64,000 nucleotides of DNA from Azolla caroliniana (Eukaryota; Plantae; Polypodiophyta), in assembly GCA_043228905.1 (NCBI GenBank), contig JBHGNT010000013.1, forward strand, positions 6,696,001 through 6,760,000, given 5' to 3'. How positions within the stretch are numbered: the first letter of the stretch is position 1; every line of letters starts with the position of its first letter. The position numbers were made by a program, and so were the translations under genes. This document shows positions 38,121 to 52,219 of the stretch, one piece after another. Below the pieces are notes generated by a model. That model searched no databases, was not told the origin of the DNA, and worked only from the letters and a program-made list of their open reading frames with translations.

Positions 38121-38574
38121 TTACTATTTGATACCAAAATAAGTGAACATTCGCTCAGAATATGTGATGTACACTCTTCGAACAATTTTTACATGTAGCT
38201 CTTTCTTTTTCGAAACTTTTTCTGGAAAACTATGTTCAAAATTTCTATTATCCTTTTTACCTTGGATAAAGGTGCCACTGATATGTGCAGACTATGAATG
38301 CTTTTTGGTGTGTACATCTGGTTTTTAACACTATTAACTTATCTTACTTTTGGGTCATCATATGGTTTGTGGAAAATGATCTCTAAAAACATTTAAGCTT
38401 AAAAGTCAAGCAAAAACTCTGCCAAGACCTTGTTATTATTCAGAGCTCTGAGAAAATTGCACCTTTTTCTTATTATCATATGGTGACTCATGAATCGATC
38501 CATCGATCTGGCTACAAAAGCATAGCGGCATTTAGAGGGATATCCAAACATTGTTGAGAAAAAACTGGCTTCTG

Positions 38575-41500
38575 TTAACATCTTTTCATGTTTCTTCGAG
38601 ACAGAATACGTTTTCCATATGGGCTGCTACGCAAGAAAGGCGTATGTGGACAAATTGCTTCCATAAGGCTCGCATGAAGTGAACCCTGCACATTTAACCC
38701 TATCAGTTTTTTCGTTCTTTACAAGGAAAACTGGATAAAATGTACAAAATAACCTAAACCACAAATCATATGAAGACTCAAAACCTCATTTGACATAATG
38801 TTTAAATTCTAACCAGAACTTTCAAGGCCACTAACAACAAAAAATTGCCCAAAAGTGATTACATATACAGAAATGTTCTATATATACAGATGTTGGTGTA
38901 AGAGTTGGAGGGCATGGAAAAGAAACAGGTCTTTTATTTGTTAAAAGATGGGGTACAAAAGGCAAAGAAAACCCGATGTCTTTGCGAAGGGTACTTAAGT
39001 CAACGACTACAAGAGTAATAGAAAAATTATCTAGTTGGACAGAACTTGCTCCATTAGAAGACATTCTTTGCCTAAAAAGAAAGCTCAAATTACAAATGGT
39101 AGAAGATACTCTTAACAAGTGGAGTACCAGGTGGTGTTCATGTCAGGAGAATGAAAACAAAATATTCACTTCCATGAAACATGTGCTTTATTTTGTGGAT
39201 GGCAATGTAGAGATGATGACAATGATATATATTTCACCATGACACATGGTATCAACAATCGTTACAACACACTCCCAGCTGTGTAGGAATGGCATTTGAA
39301 ATTGATAGAGCAAAACGAACATGTAAAAAAATGTCAGTTCCTGAATTTCATTGTTTTGATTTTCCATCAGTCTGGTTTTGTAGTTAACTGGAATAGGATA
39401 ATGGAAAGCTACAATTAAACTTGCCATGATTCTTGAAAATCATGCCCAATATACTCATGTCTTCCAAAGTGACATTTTTCTGTTTCTGGAACATGGAGAA
39501 GGCACAGGTCACATATTCTATTTTTCTGCTCAATATTCAGCCTATCCTCATTTCCTATTTTCATTGGTGGGATGGTGCATCTCTCCCTACTAGATATGGG
39601 TATCCAGATGTGAGATTGGTCATTGGCTAGCCACACATTAATTTTCCCAATATTGAACATTAACGCGGCTAAATTGGGCTGCTCTTCCTTTTGTGCAGGG
39701 GAAAACCTTTTGACACACCCTCTCATACCCTTTAATGTTTTTCTACATGCACATCAAAACATCAACATGCCATCTCATAAACAAATTTCCAGATGTCTCA
39801 ACCCAATTGGATGAGAGAAATTTGCTTTTGTAATTTTTCTGTGAGAAGCATCTAATTTTCCATGCAGCTTTGTGGAATTGATTTCAAAGCAATTGCTGTA
39901 AAGGGAATAAAAAAAACTCTTGGCCTTCTTCCAGTTTTAGCAACATTACAGAGAGAGCGCTTTCTGCTCTTAGCCCGTAAATGGCAGAGTAGAAATTTGA
40001 CCACTATGACTTTGGTCTTAGCCACATTGACAGCTAAGCTACCACATTCAAAAAGTATGTTCAGTATCTAAAAACCCTTGCAATCTCAGCAGAGTATCTA
40101 AAGTATGACATCATCAGCATAAATGAGAACCAATTACATTGAAATGTCCAATGGCTAGTTTCCATCATGTTCTCCGAACACTTCTTAGATGAACTCCTCT
40201 GGTTGGTCAACACAAACTCGACGGAGTGGTGATGCAGAAACTCAATGCATGCTGACAGGTATAGCATCCATCATTTTCATTGATTGTTTGTAGCACAAGG
40301 ATTCTGGATCTATTGCCATATAGGTGCATTACCATGTCGAACATAGATAATGATGAATTTATTAAATTTTGTCATCTTCACTTTCTAGTTAATTGGCTGA
40401 TTTTATATATCGTTATCAAGCTAAGTTGGAACCATTTTTTACGAAACAAGTGTTAGTCTCACACATATTTTCATGGATACTTTTATTGAAAACATTTGGT
40501 GTTTCTGTTTTCTTATCCAAATTTTGGATTGCATGAGTATAGAAAAGTGTCTCGCATTTCCATTTTCTTTCCCACCTTTGAAATTTTGAGAATTTCATTC
40601 CAGTATTTCCCCATCTCCTACAGGGCTGATAACTAAAAGCACATGAAAGAAGAGACGTGAGAATTCAATCTATACATGGAGGGTGAATAGGTGGTACTTC
40701 TAGCTCATCAATTCTATCCAAGTGGATATTCAAGTTTGAGAATGTCATGTCCAAGTTAGGATGGACATGCAAGAAGAGAAAGATGACGAGAAACAGCCAC
40801 AGAAATTTCAGAAACATGTAGAATCGCCTACAGTGTTAACCCATAAATACAGATCCATGTACCTACCGATATGCCAATAAATGGATCACGTCATTCTGGG
40901 ACAACAGTTTATGGAAAGTTTTGTACAGGGTATTGTCAAAAGAAAAATTGGCAGAGAAATTTATCAAAAAGAAAAACAAATATTGGCATGTCTCAGAATA
41001 AAAGAAACAAATTAATATGGATGCAAACAAAAGAAAAACTGATAATGTGAATTTTGAACCAATCTTAGATACTACTATATTAGCTATATCTATTTTACCA
41101 AGCCAATCTACACCATAAGAGAATCCAGACATCAGTAACTAGATCCGATAAACATGTCTACATTCTCTAACACATTTTCCACTTCCTACGCCATCCATCA
41201 ATGCACACAAAACACGATATGATGAGTAGTATCTGTGGAAGGTGACAAATGGACACCCTTAAAATAAGACTTGCACCTAAGTTACCGCACCCAAAGCAAA
41301 GCATCAAGTATGCAAGAACGTCTTCTGAGCCATCCATCAATGGACACAAAACACGATATGATGAGTAGTATCTGTGGAAGGTGACAAATGGACACCCTTA
41401 AAATAAGACTTGCACCTAAGTTACCGCACCCAAGGCAAAGCATCAAGTATGCAAGAACGTCTTCTGAATCAGAACACTTGTCTAAAAATAAAAGAACAAT

Positions 41501-44500
41501 CAGCACTATAGTATTTGGATTGATGGATTCCTCACGTATATCCATGGTCCCTCATGGCTGCAGAACCACCATCATGGGGCATTGCTGTTCTAAAGACTGT
41601 CAACGATCTTAGTCTGAGGACAAAGGTGTTGGAGGGTGGCAGCTCCAGACCTGCACTCTCTTTCATATTTATTATCTCTGTACTACATTCTCTCTTTTCT
41701 CAGATTCTTCTCTCTCTAGAATCTGCAACTCTTTAAATGCCTTCTCTCTCTAGAATCTGCAATGCTTTAAATGCCTTTTCTCTCTTCTACCTTTTCCAAG
41801 ATATTCCTAGTTTTTTGTACCTGTTTGGTAGTACAAGAGTCACTTAACTACCAAACAGCCATTTCACCCACATTCCCCAATTTTGTATAAATAGGCTATA
41901 CCAGCCTCTTTTGTGTAAAGTTTTCATTTTCTTTTTTGCTACTTAAAACAAGCTCTATTCCTTGGTTGTGTCTCTACTCTTTGCAACCATTTTTTCTACT
42001 GCTGTCTAACAGCCTTCTCACAGCTTGGCTGTGCCTATTTTGTTTTAAGTCTTCCACTGCTGCTATTAACAGCTTTTCTCACAAAAGGTTTGCAAACCCT
42101 ATCACAACCCACAGACCTTTTAATCAGCCTAACCTCCATTACTATGGACATGCCATTGAGGTAGTGAATAGCTTTAATACATTCGGAATGTAAAATCCCA
42201 AGCAACCATGCTTGGAACCAGAGCAATGATTTTAAAAACCCATACTAATGCAAATCATTTTATATTGAAACAAGGTATCGGTCAGGGGCGAGTATTTCAG
42301 CCAGTTCTTGGAATGAGATAAGAAAACACAAGTTTTTATTGTGACATCTCAGAATAAAGAGCACAACCTAATATTCAGTTCTGATTTTGGGGACAGGAAG
42401 AAGACCAATAAAATTTTATGCCCTCCACCAACACATGTACGTTTGGGACTAAGCCACCTATGGCACATAGAAGAAAATTGGAGTTAAGCCATCACAAAAG
42501 TAAGGTTCTTTCTTCAGGTTGGGTTCTTGACATTTGGCAATAGTATGCATGTTGGAATGTAAAAGAGGACTTGAATATTCCACATAAAGGAGCAGAAGAC
42601 AATAGAGCATAAATCCAGCTTTTATTCAGCCACATTGGGCCTCATTCTTAAGTGGCGAGCAATGTTTTAATTAATACTACTACATAAATACTTGAAATTT
42701 GGAGATCCCTCAGGTCATTTTGGCCCTCAGCAAACAATAACTGATCATCGTCATCATCATTATCTTTTTCTATGCCAGTTTCTCCCAGAAAAGAAAATAA
42801 GCAACATGATTGTTGTGAAGCATTTGTTGCGAGCCATAGAGAAATATTATTATATGTTTGAATATTAATAAAAAGACACTGACTGTAAATGAAATTGACA
42901 ACTAACCTTTGAAACAATGAGGGCTGATTGTATCACATAATTTGCAAAAGGATCCTGGAGCAACTCTAGAAGGCGAGAGTCTTCCATGAGTTCACGAATA
43001 ATGCAAGTCCTCTGGTCCTCATCTGCAATTTTAAGACATCTTTCTACAACGTTGCTACTGAACTTCTGCATTGAGAGATGAGCATAGTTCCCGGCAAGCT
43101 GGTCTACCACCATTTTGGTGGCCCAAAGCAATCCGAGGTCTAGAACATATTGAACCACGTAGTTTCTGCCAAAAGTAAAGAGAAGCTTTAGTATTTCTTC
43201 AAGAAATCCAATTATGAAATTACAGAATCATTGCCTACAAAATGTTCCACAATTGATACAAATAATTTTTACCTGATTCTTACAAACATTTGCAGTAACT
43301 TGTTTACTTAACTTTATAACAACCATGGTTAAAATTTCTTAGAATCCCTTCAATAAGAGCTTCAGCAAGAGATATTTTTACATCATATGAACCATTCCAA
43401 GCTGCTAAAGCACTGATAGGCATTCAAATAATTGGGCTAATAAATGCCTCAAATAATTGGAGTACCTAACTGACGCCAAATAGGAACCAGATTACTTGGC
43501 TATAGAAAATGAATGAAGACGAAAAAGAACCCATGAAATAAAAACCAATATAGAAAACGAAGGAAGAAGAAAAAGAACCCATGAAATAAAATTCATCTTT
43601 TAGTTACATGCATAGAATATATGGTGCATAGAGCTTATGTTCTAATTAGGGACCTCCATTGTGTTGGAATCTCATACCTTAAGGTTACACAGCTCATAAG
43701 GACACACCATAACAGCCCAATATGCATCACTACCACTGCCCAACATAGAAATGGAACTAAGTATTTACAAGGGTGGCAAATTCCTGTTATCTAGACTATT
43801 TTAGGCATTCTTTATATGTTCCATGATTAATCTAAACTTGAAATCTAGTTTAGTATGCTGCTTGATATATTAAGAATAAACTTTGACAATGACTTTATTG
43901 CTAGAGCACATGTGAGAATCAAACATTTGATTCTGGAAGAATGCCCAAAACATTTATTATGTTTTGGCAGCCACAAAATGAGAATCAAGTATCTTGATTT
44001 GGCCGCCACAAAATAGTGCATGCGAGAATGTAGTATATGTATGTATGCTGGAGATATATTATTGCCAGGATGTCTATATAGATTACACTATGTTTCCCTA
44101 TTCATGTTTCCCTCATCATTCATATGGGTTTCACTATGTTTCCTTCTTCATGTTCCCTTCTTCTTTCATTATCTACTTAGTACAATATATAGGATTAAAG
44201 GTAAGATATGGGTTATTGACTACTTTGCACTCATTCCCTCATTATTTTAGCTGAAATGACGGACTCTCTCAGCTCTATGCAAAATTGAAAAGGGTAAGCT
44301 GGTCTAATGTCATCACAACTTACCCAAAGGGATCTTGAGAAAGAAGTAAGGCATTGGCTGCAATTTCAGCAATTAGCCTTCGCTGTGGTACTCCTGTAGA
44401 AAAGTCAATACATCGTTGCAACACACAGCAACCATGACGATGTGTAGCAATCTCCACACAATGAGATGTGACTGCCTCAAAAATGAACTGCATTCCACCA

Positions 44501-47027
44501 AATGTAGACTTAAAGAAGTTTAAAACGCACTAACTTCACATTCAAATAAGGGAATGCCATTATATAGTCAAAAAAACAAGCACAAGATCATCCACAGACT
44601 CTTTATTAAACATATAGCATCTGGATAACATGTATCCACTGTGAGTTTTAATTGGTATTTTAAATTACAATTGATTTGCTTTACCTGACTATCTTCACTG
44701 CTAAGGTGTTGTAAGCACCGCTGGATGACATGATTCCCATTTAGATCCTTGATGAGGGCTACCACTCCAGATCTTAATGAGGCAGTGGCCATTGACACTT
44801 GTTGACTGGACGCTAATGTTTCTATCAGCTTTTGCACAGCACGTGTTCTGTAATACAAACTCCCAATCCTCATAAAAACAAAGAATTGTCTTTTCAAGTA
44901 AGAAAAGTGACAAAAACGGGTGAGAAAAAAGATGGATCACACTATTTTACCCATGCATATTAAGTGAAACATTGATCAGTTCCCCATTCTTTGCTGTTCT
45001 CTCTAAAATCTGTGTCCTCTGTTCTTCATTACAAACATCAAGAAGCTTTTGAACCAGATAATTGCCAAATGGGTCGGTCATAAGCTCGAGAACATGATCA
45101 ATTATTTCCACAAAAATTTTCTCAACTTCCTCTGGCCCACCTTCATCAAATTGCCTTTGCAGGAATCGACAACCATGCTGGTCTTTGGCAACTGCATATA
45201 TATGTCCTTCAACTTCTGCCAATGAGCAATATTTCATTTGTGGGGATTGTGAACCCTCAGAAGACCTACAAAGTTCGATTCCTGTTGGGTCAACTAGAGT
45301 ATCCCTGAAATGGTGACCATCTGACTTCACCAAAAGAAGATTAGAAGTCTGGAAAAGGTTTATAGATGAGTCACCATTCACATAAAATGCCTCTTTCTTC
45401 CCATCAGTTGAAAACCCACTCAGAATTGCTGGACCTTTGGAGTGGTCCCTTGACAAGATTTTCACTGGTGCCGTGATTTGCTTCTCTTGTGAGGAGGAAC
45501 TTAACTTGAAATCCATGCTTCTTGACATACCTCTGGTATATGAATGAATAATGGGACACATTTCTCCTTTACAACAATACCCTTGCGAAAGGAATGTACA
45601 ACTATTTTCTCTTTGATTTGTGAAATTCTGCAGGGGTTGGTTAAGCCCCATTGCATTTCCTGGATACATTTGTGGTCTCCAATCCATGTTAGTGATAGGT
45701 GTAGCCTGAGATGACCGATATAACTCATCTCGCCCAGTCTGAAAGGATGAAACTGGAAAACTATGTGTATGAACAGGATGTTGGTATGGTTCTATACATC
45801 CTACTGCTTGAGAATGGCAATTGCGCATTTGCTGCATCCTCTGCCATTCCCCCTCTTTTCTCTGCAATGGCAGTGGTGTTTTGCATGCATTTTGAGTATG
45901 AAAAAATGATGGCACAGAACAATCCCGATGCAGAGGTTGGCCTGTATGCAAAGACTGCACATAGCCGGTTGACAGTCTTCCTTGCTGAGGGAAAAATTGG
46001 GCATCATAGACACTTGATTGAGACATATCTGCAACTAGAGGCGTTTGAATATGTTTTCTTGTTCCGATATCATGATCCAAACTCTTATAGTCTGAATACA
46101 TCGTAAAATCTCTCAATTTGTTGTTCTCACCCATAGGATTTGCATTATTAGCAAGTGGTTCCACCCAGCAATGCTCAATGTCATCAACCCCATAAAGAGA
46201 TGCATTCCTTGCATTATTACTAGTGTTAGAAGGAGCAGGTCCTAATCCATTGGAATATGCAAACACCATAGCATCATTTATATACATTTTTCCTGTGCTT
46301 AAACCATCAGAGCCCATAGTAGAAGGGACAGTTTTCATGCCCGAGTCCATGTTTAGAGGGATTTTTCCAATGCCTCCTATCTGGTTATACAAACTGATAG
46401 ATGCCTTCGTTACCCCATTGATGGCTTCCCGATGAGATACTATCTTCGTACTTCTACTCTCTTCAGGAGTTTGTAAAGAATTTCTAGGAGAAACATCCAT
46501 ATCCAAGTTCACATTTGAGAATGCTGTCATCAATGACTCATCTGGTAGTTCATGTGAATGGCTTTCGGTGAATCCTAGAGAGGACAGAGGACCCTCCTCT
46601 TGAGCTACTAGTGAGGAATGCCTACTTGAATCCTCTATGTTGATATTAGATGGAAACTTTGAGGATATATCTTCCTTTACAATGCTGGTCATCACTCCCA
46701 CAAGGGATGATGGCTGATGGCAATCTCCACACTGTCAAATATTGGCAAAGATTTGGAAAACAATACAGTTCACGTCAATCTTACATTCATATCAATCATA
46801 CAATGTTTTTCACATCAATCCTACAGCAACCTCACATTAATCCTACATCGATCTCTCATTATTAAAAAGGAAATGTGGATCCAGTTTATAAAAAATACCT
46901 CATCTCTTTTCGAACAAAGCACAGGAGATGCCCCAGCTAATACCAATCCTTCCACATGCAAGGAGCTGTCAGTAACCTGAGGGATTTCACCAAGCAGCAT
47001 TTCTAGCTCCTCGTCAGCATGCGTCAT
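38575..47027 (-). CDS. Pumilio/PUF RNA-binding protein (APUM7-12-like) with a CCCH zinc finger, about 868 aa; exons 47027-46899, 46731-44951, 44847-44685, 44487-44324, 43165-42907, 38685-38575
   Basis: PUF repeats AKDQHGCRFLQ, MTDPFGNYLVQ, NMHGTRAVQK, KDLNGNHVIQ, THRHGCCVLQ, QDPFGNYVVQ, MQKFSSNVVE, QDPFANYVIQ, with C-terminus SSPYGKRILS. All introns are GT-AG and phases are consistent (2607 nt). N-terminus DEELEMLLGEIP. Confidence 0.92.
39420..40330 (-). mobile_element. Old LINE 3' remnant in Pumilio intron 5
   Basis: EQKNRICDLCLLHVPETEKCH resembles the C-terminal zinc motif of RTEX-type ORF2. Heavily decayed; boundaries approximate. Confidence 0.45.
41190..41467. repeat. 139 bp tandem duplication in the intron
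   Basis: 41190-41328 and 41329-41467 differ at about 2 positions. Confidence 0.92.
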
Positions 47028-48318
47028 TGTGAAAAACCTAGATTGAAAGAAGGTAAAATCAACCAATAGTTCAATAGAATTCATTGCACAGCATTAGAAT
47101 CAAAAGGCCACTCTACAAAAGCCCAAATACGAAGAATTGTTTTTCTCATTTTGCATATTGCTGAGCAAACCCACAGTTAAGAGCTAACTAGTCGGCCCTT
47201 ATAATAAAGGTATCATACAGATACACACACGCATATACATAGAAAGATTGAGACTCATCCTTGAAGAAACAGATCAAAACCCATCATGCTTATGTGATGG
47301 GAGGTCGCTAGGAAGAAATTATATGTATATAAGAACTCGCTATATAGAAAACTGGGGAGGGGAGGGGATTATAGAAAAATCATATGTTACAAGTAAAATA
47401 CACCAGAGTAAAATGGGAAAATAGGGCAAGAATGCAAATTAAATGAAGGAAAGCACGAGGTTTAAACGAAAAGGGTATGTTATATGAGATTTTAAAGAGA
47501 GAGAAAAAGCAAGAAAGAAAGAACGAAAGAAAGAAAGACAAAATAAACAAAAAAAAAGATTGGTGAGCATGGATGGGGAAGAAAGATCGTGTGATGAAAG
47601 AAATGAAATAACCTTCTATCTACTTACTTACTTGTAAGGAAAGAGGGAACAGGGGATATGGAGATTGAGATGGATATGGATATGGAGAGTTTGAGGTTTT
47701 ATGCTTCTGCCTTTTCCTTGTTTATGTCCTCAATCTTTACTTCTTTCTTCCTTCTTGGGATGTGGTTGTTTCTTCAATCTCTCCTTCTTGTTGATGAGAA
47801 TCAGAGAACACATAGGCAACACACACAAACAAGGCCGAAGATGATTATAGTGAAGTGACTCGATGAAGGAAGAAACAGAGAAACTAATAAACCTCTTTAG
47901 GGGCACAAATACACACCGATGGAGACAGAGAGAGAGGGGAGAGTGTGGTGTAGAGAGAGAATGTAGACTTCTAGGGCATTGGTATAGGGGTAGCGGTGCA
48001 ATTTCGTTTTCTTTTTCCCCTTTTTTGAAGTATTTTTAGAGCACAAATCAAAAATTAATTATGAAGCGATCTTATGCAATATGTACATATGTATATGTAT
48101 AATGTACATATAAGAGAGCGAAAGAAAGAACAGAAATATATGTACATATATGTATGTTAGTATGTATGTGGAAAGAAGAGCATCATGAGGAAACAGACAA
48201 AAGAGAAAAAATAAATAAAGAGGTTATTATTGAACTTTTCTATAATTCCAGAACTACCCTCTATCTCCCACAACTGTGTCTCAGTTTCTTAAACCCTAGC
48301 TCATTTTATTAGCTTCCA

Positions 48319-48351
<33 letters not shown>

Positions 48352-48622
48352 GTTCGCAAGCCATGAACCAACAACCTCTACCTCATGTCCTGAACCCTAA
48401 TAATGTTGGGTGATTGATTACACAAACCCTATATCATAATTCTTCTTCTCTGTCTCTTGAGTCCTACTCTGTTGTTGAGCGATTTTGTAAACCCTAACAT
48501 CCCTCCTACCTTACTCTAGCACACCTGAATCTGTTGGTTGGGGGATGGATCTCTTCAGCCTTGCCATTCTTCTTTCTCTCTCTCCCAAACCCTTAATCTG
48601 CTGTTTGATTTCTTAAACCCAA

Positions 48623-48625
<3 letters not shown>

Positions 48626-48685
<60 letters not shown>
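48626..48685. repeat. (CT)n microsatellite, in a cluster of CT tracts and AAACCCT motifs at 48290-48900
   Basis: Direct reading. Confidence 0.9.
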
Positions 48686-48687
<2 letters not shown>

Positions 48688-49369
48688 ACCGTAGTCTGTT
48701 CCTGGGCGATCTCTTAAACCCAAGCATCCTTCTCTTCGATCTTAAACTCTAATCTGTAGCCCTAGCATCATTCTTACTCCCATCTCTCTCTCTCTCTCTC
48801 TCTCTTAACAGCTCTAAAAAACCTTTTCTGTTATCCGAAAAAACCTAATGTGTGTTTGGGCACCTAATGTGTGTTTGGGCGGTTCCCTAAACCCTAGGGC
48901 CTGTGGTTGGGAGATTTACATTTAACCCAATTCCGTCAGTTTCCCTTAGACCTATAAATCGGCTATTGGGCGATTTCATAAACTCTAAATCTGGATTTCA
49001 AGCAGCAATTTATGAAGCCCTGTCTATAATTTTAAGCGATGTATTAAGCCCAAATTTGCTGTTGGGCGATTTCTTAGACCCTAATCTGCACTCGAGTGAT
49101 TCTATAAGCCCTAACTTATTACAGATTAACAATCGATTAAGCAGACAATCAAATCTATGCCCTGATCAAGCAAACAAACAGTCGAAGATGTTCTGATTAG
49201 CTAAACGCCTTCATTAATGAAATTAAGCAAGCGCTCGGTTGTTTTCTAACTCTCTACTCTGTTTGAACCCTGGAGAGTTCAAAAAAATAAAATGGAAGAA
49301 AAGATGAAGAGGGGAGGAAGGTGTAAAAGAGAAGACAAAGGAAAATGGCTACATGTATGCATGCATTAC

Positions 49370-49400
<31 letters not shown>

Positions 49401-49882
49401 TACATGCATGCATACATATGCACATGTATATGAGTATATATGTATGTATGTATATGTCTTTACATAATGAGGAGAGACATGTATGTCCAATTCCTTTATT
49501 TTCTACATAATAAATAAATAATACATACATATGTATGTGTGTACTCTCAACAACCAAAAGTTCCCATTCCTGGGAAAACTAACTCTTCTTGCTCACCCCA
49601 CAACACACACACACACACACACACACACAAATATGGTAATGGTTACCATGGCAAATGGCAAATGGCAAATGGCAATGGCAATTGCTTGCTGGCAATCAAG
49701 CCACAAGACCCGTCCCCTTGACTGTTTTATTTATCTCCCCCACCTCCAAAAAAACCACTATGACCAATAATCCGGGGTACAAAGCAGGTAAAAAACAAAC
49801 TAGGCAAGACAAACATGGATGGGACCTAGGTGCAAACCCTACCTAGGCAAGGCCTAACAAGAGCAGTACTAGCAAAGTTTGG

Positions 49883-50165
49883 TATGTTACATACCCCTCT
49901 AATACAACGGAGACTACCTCAACACCCTTATCTAGGATTGATCGGTGTTGGACAATTGGGAACCCATGAAGTTTTCTTCATGTTACATGCCCCTCTAATA
50001 CCACGGAGAACACCCTTATCTAGGATTGATCGATGTTGGACGGTTGGGAACCCGTGAAGCTTTCTTGATGTTACATGCCCCTCTAATACCACTGAGACTA
50101 CCGCGACACCCTTATCTAGGATTGATTGATGTTGGACGGTCGGGAACCCATGAAGCTTTCTTGAT
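49883..50165. repeat. Three tandem copies of an 88-97 bp unit
   Basis: ATGTTACATRCCCCTCTAATAC...CCCTTATCTAGGATTGAT...GGGAACCCRTGAAG occurs three times. Confidence 0.88.
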
Positions 50166-52219
50166 GTGCTTCAAATGTCATTGAATCGAATTTTTTATAA
50201 CCTTGCACTTTTGTGACCTATACACATACACTTGCTACTTTGAAAGTTTTGCATATGATGAAACATGTGACATATTGTGTGTTTTTGTGGCATGTCTAAA
50301 ATATGCATAGGTGGTGCTTTGTTCTTCGCAAGATTAGGTAGGTAGTGCCCCATAAAGGATGAATCTACTTTGTTCACTACCATCCATTTTAGTTTTATAT
50401 TTCCAAATAGATAGCTTGCATGCATATGTTGACTCATGATAGGACATATATCTTGCATGCATTCCATACTCACACATGCGTCCCATTTATATTTCAAAGT
50501 GAAACTTATTTAAACAGGTTCATTATAAAAATAAAGCATTTGTATTCAACACCAATCGTCATCTCTTGAGTTGTATCTAGATGTAATTATCATTCTATTC
50601 TTACCAAAATTACTCTATCTACATTACCTTATATATATCTTCAAGTCTCTAAATCTACCTCTTGACTTCTTCATTACCTTAGTTAACAAGAGTCATAACC
50701 AAAGTAGCATAGTCTCATCATAAGTTAAGTCTCCCTTGTAAGAACGTCGTTAGCCTTCTTGTATGGGTAAAAAACCCTAGGACCTATTGTGTTCACACTT
50801 GACCACTTCATGTGAAGTGGTCAAATCATAATACACTTAATAGGTATCTCACATTATAAAATTGTAATTCAATTCATACCCTCATTCCATTTAGAATTAA
50901 TCTACACATACTGACAATAAGATTAAGGAAACTATGAAAATTGATATCATGATCATTATAGTTATGCACATAACATACTCCTACACTTAAAAATATTGCA
51001 CTAATGACTATTTGAGGAAAAAAAATTGTTTTGCCAACTAGAAAATTGATCAATCAAGCAAATGAACCAATACATTTGGCGATTGTAGAAGGACCACAAA
51101 CTTTTGGGGCTAATTTAATGCACTTCACTTACTCATAAGCAAAGTCTTAGATTTTAGAAAATACACAAAGAAATACCTTCTATCTATGGTTAATACATGA
51201 GGTTGCTAATTATAGTTGGCATAAATCATGCTTTGTCTTGAGCAATTGTAACTTGTCTCATGCAATATGCAGTATATGTTTGCATATCCCTTAGATAGTT
51301 TATGTTGTGTATAATTCATAATCATAAATGTTAACATCAATCAAGGTTCAGGGCTAAAATAATATGTACATCAATATTAAAGCATTATATGTATTTTTGG
51401 AGAAAACTCCATAATACAAAGTTATTGTTCCAATAAGCTCTAAACATATCCTCATTTATTTGATCACCTATTCGATTCCATAAAACTGAGTTTGGTATAT
51501 AGAGTTCATGCTCAAGGTAGTTTCTAGTTCCATAATGGACTTTTTAACCAACAATGGTAGTAGTGAATTGGAAATCTCAGCCGCTCAATATATCCATTGG
51601 TAACCTTACAATGGTGTAATTTAGTCACATAATCATCGATATCATAATGATTCCTTAGGGGAAAAGAAATTAGTAGAGCTAATAACAAGTGCAAAAACGA
51701 ATTCTCATTTTAACCTCAAACAAATTTGGAACACAAAACTTTTTAATATAGTGAGTTGACTTTTAGAAATTTAGAAGGTTCCCTTCAAGAATATGGCTCT
51801 TGCCCAGAAATTTTAAAGGAAATTATCATCAAGGTGATTTCCTTAAATGTGGTTATAATGATTTGTTTGTTAATAAAGTTAATCATGTTAACCTCATGAA
51901 TATGACTTAAGGCATTAGTGACTATATTAACAAATCATTTTAAGCTATCTATTGGAAAATCAAAGTCCTTTATGAAGTTTGCCCATTGTGTCACGCGATC
52001 CATGAGGTTCCGTTAGTCATAGAGTATAAGGACTATCAATTTGTAGATACTCAAAAATGATTTCCATATAGGTAGTATCTCCTTATTTCTTTAGTGCATT
52101 TTAAATCTAAAATAGTTTTGTTCATGAACTATCTATTGATATTGAGCACAAGAAAATATCTTAGTCACAAATGAAACACCCAATTTAGATTTAGGAGATT
52201 GTTGCACATGTTCCTGAAG

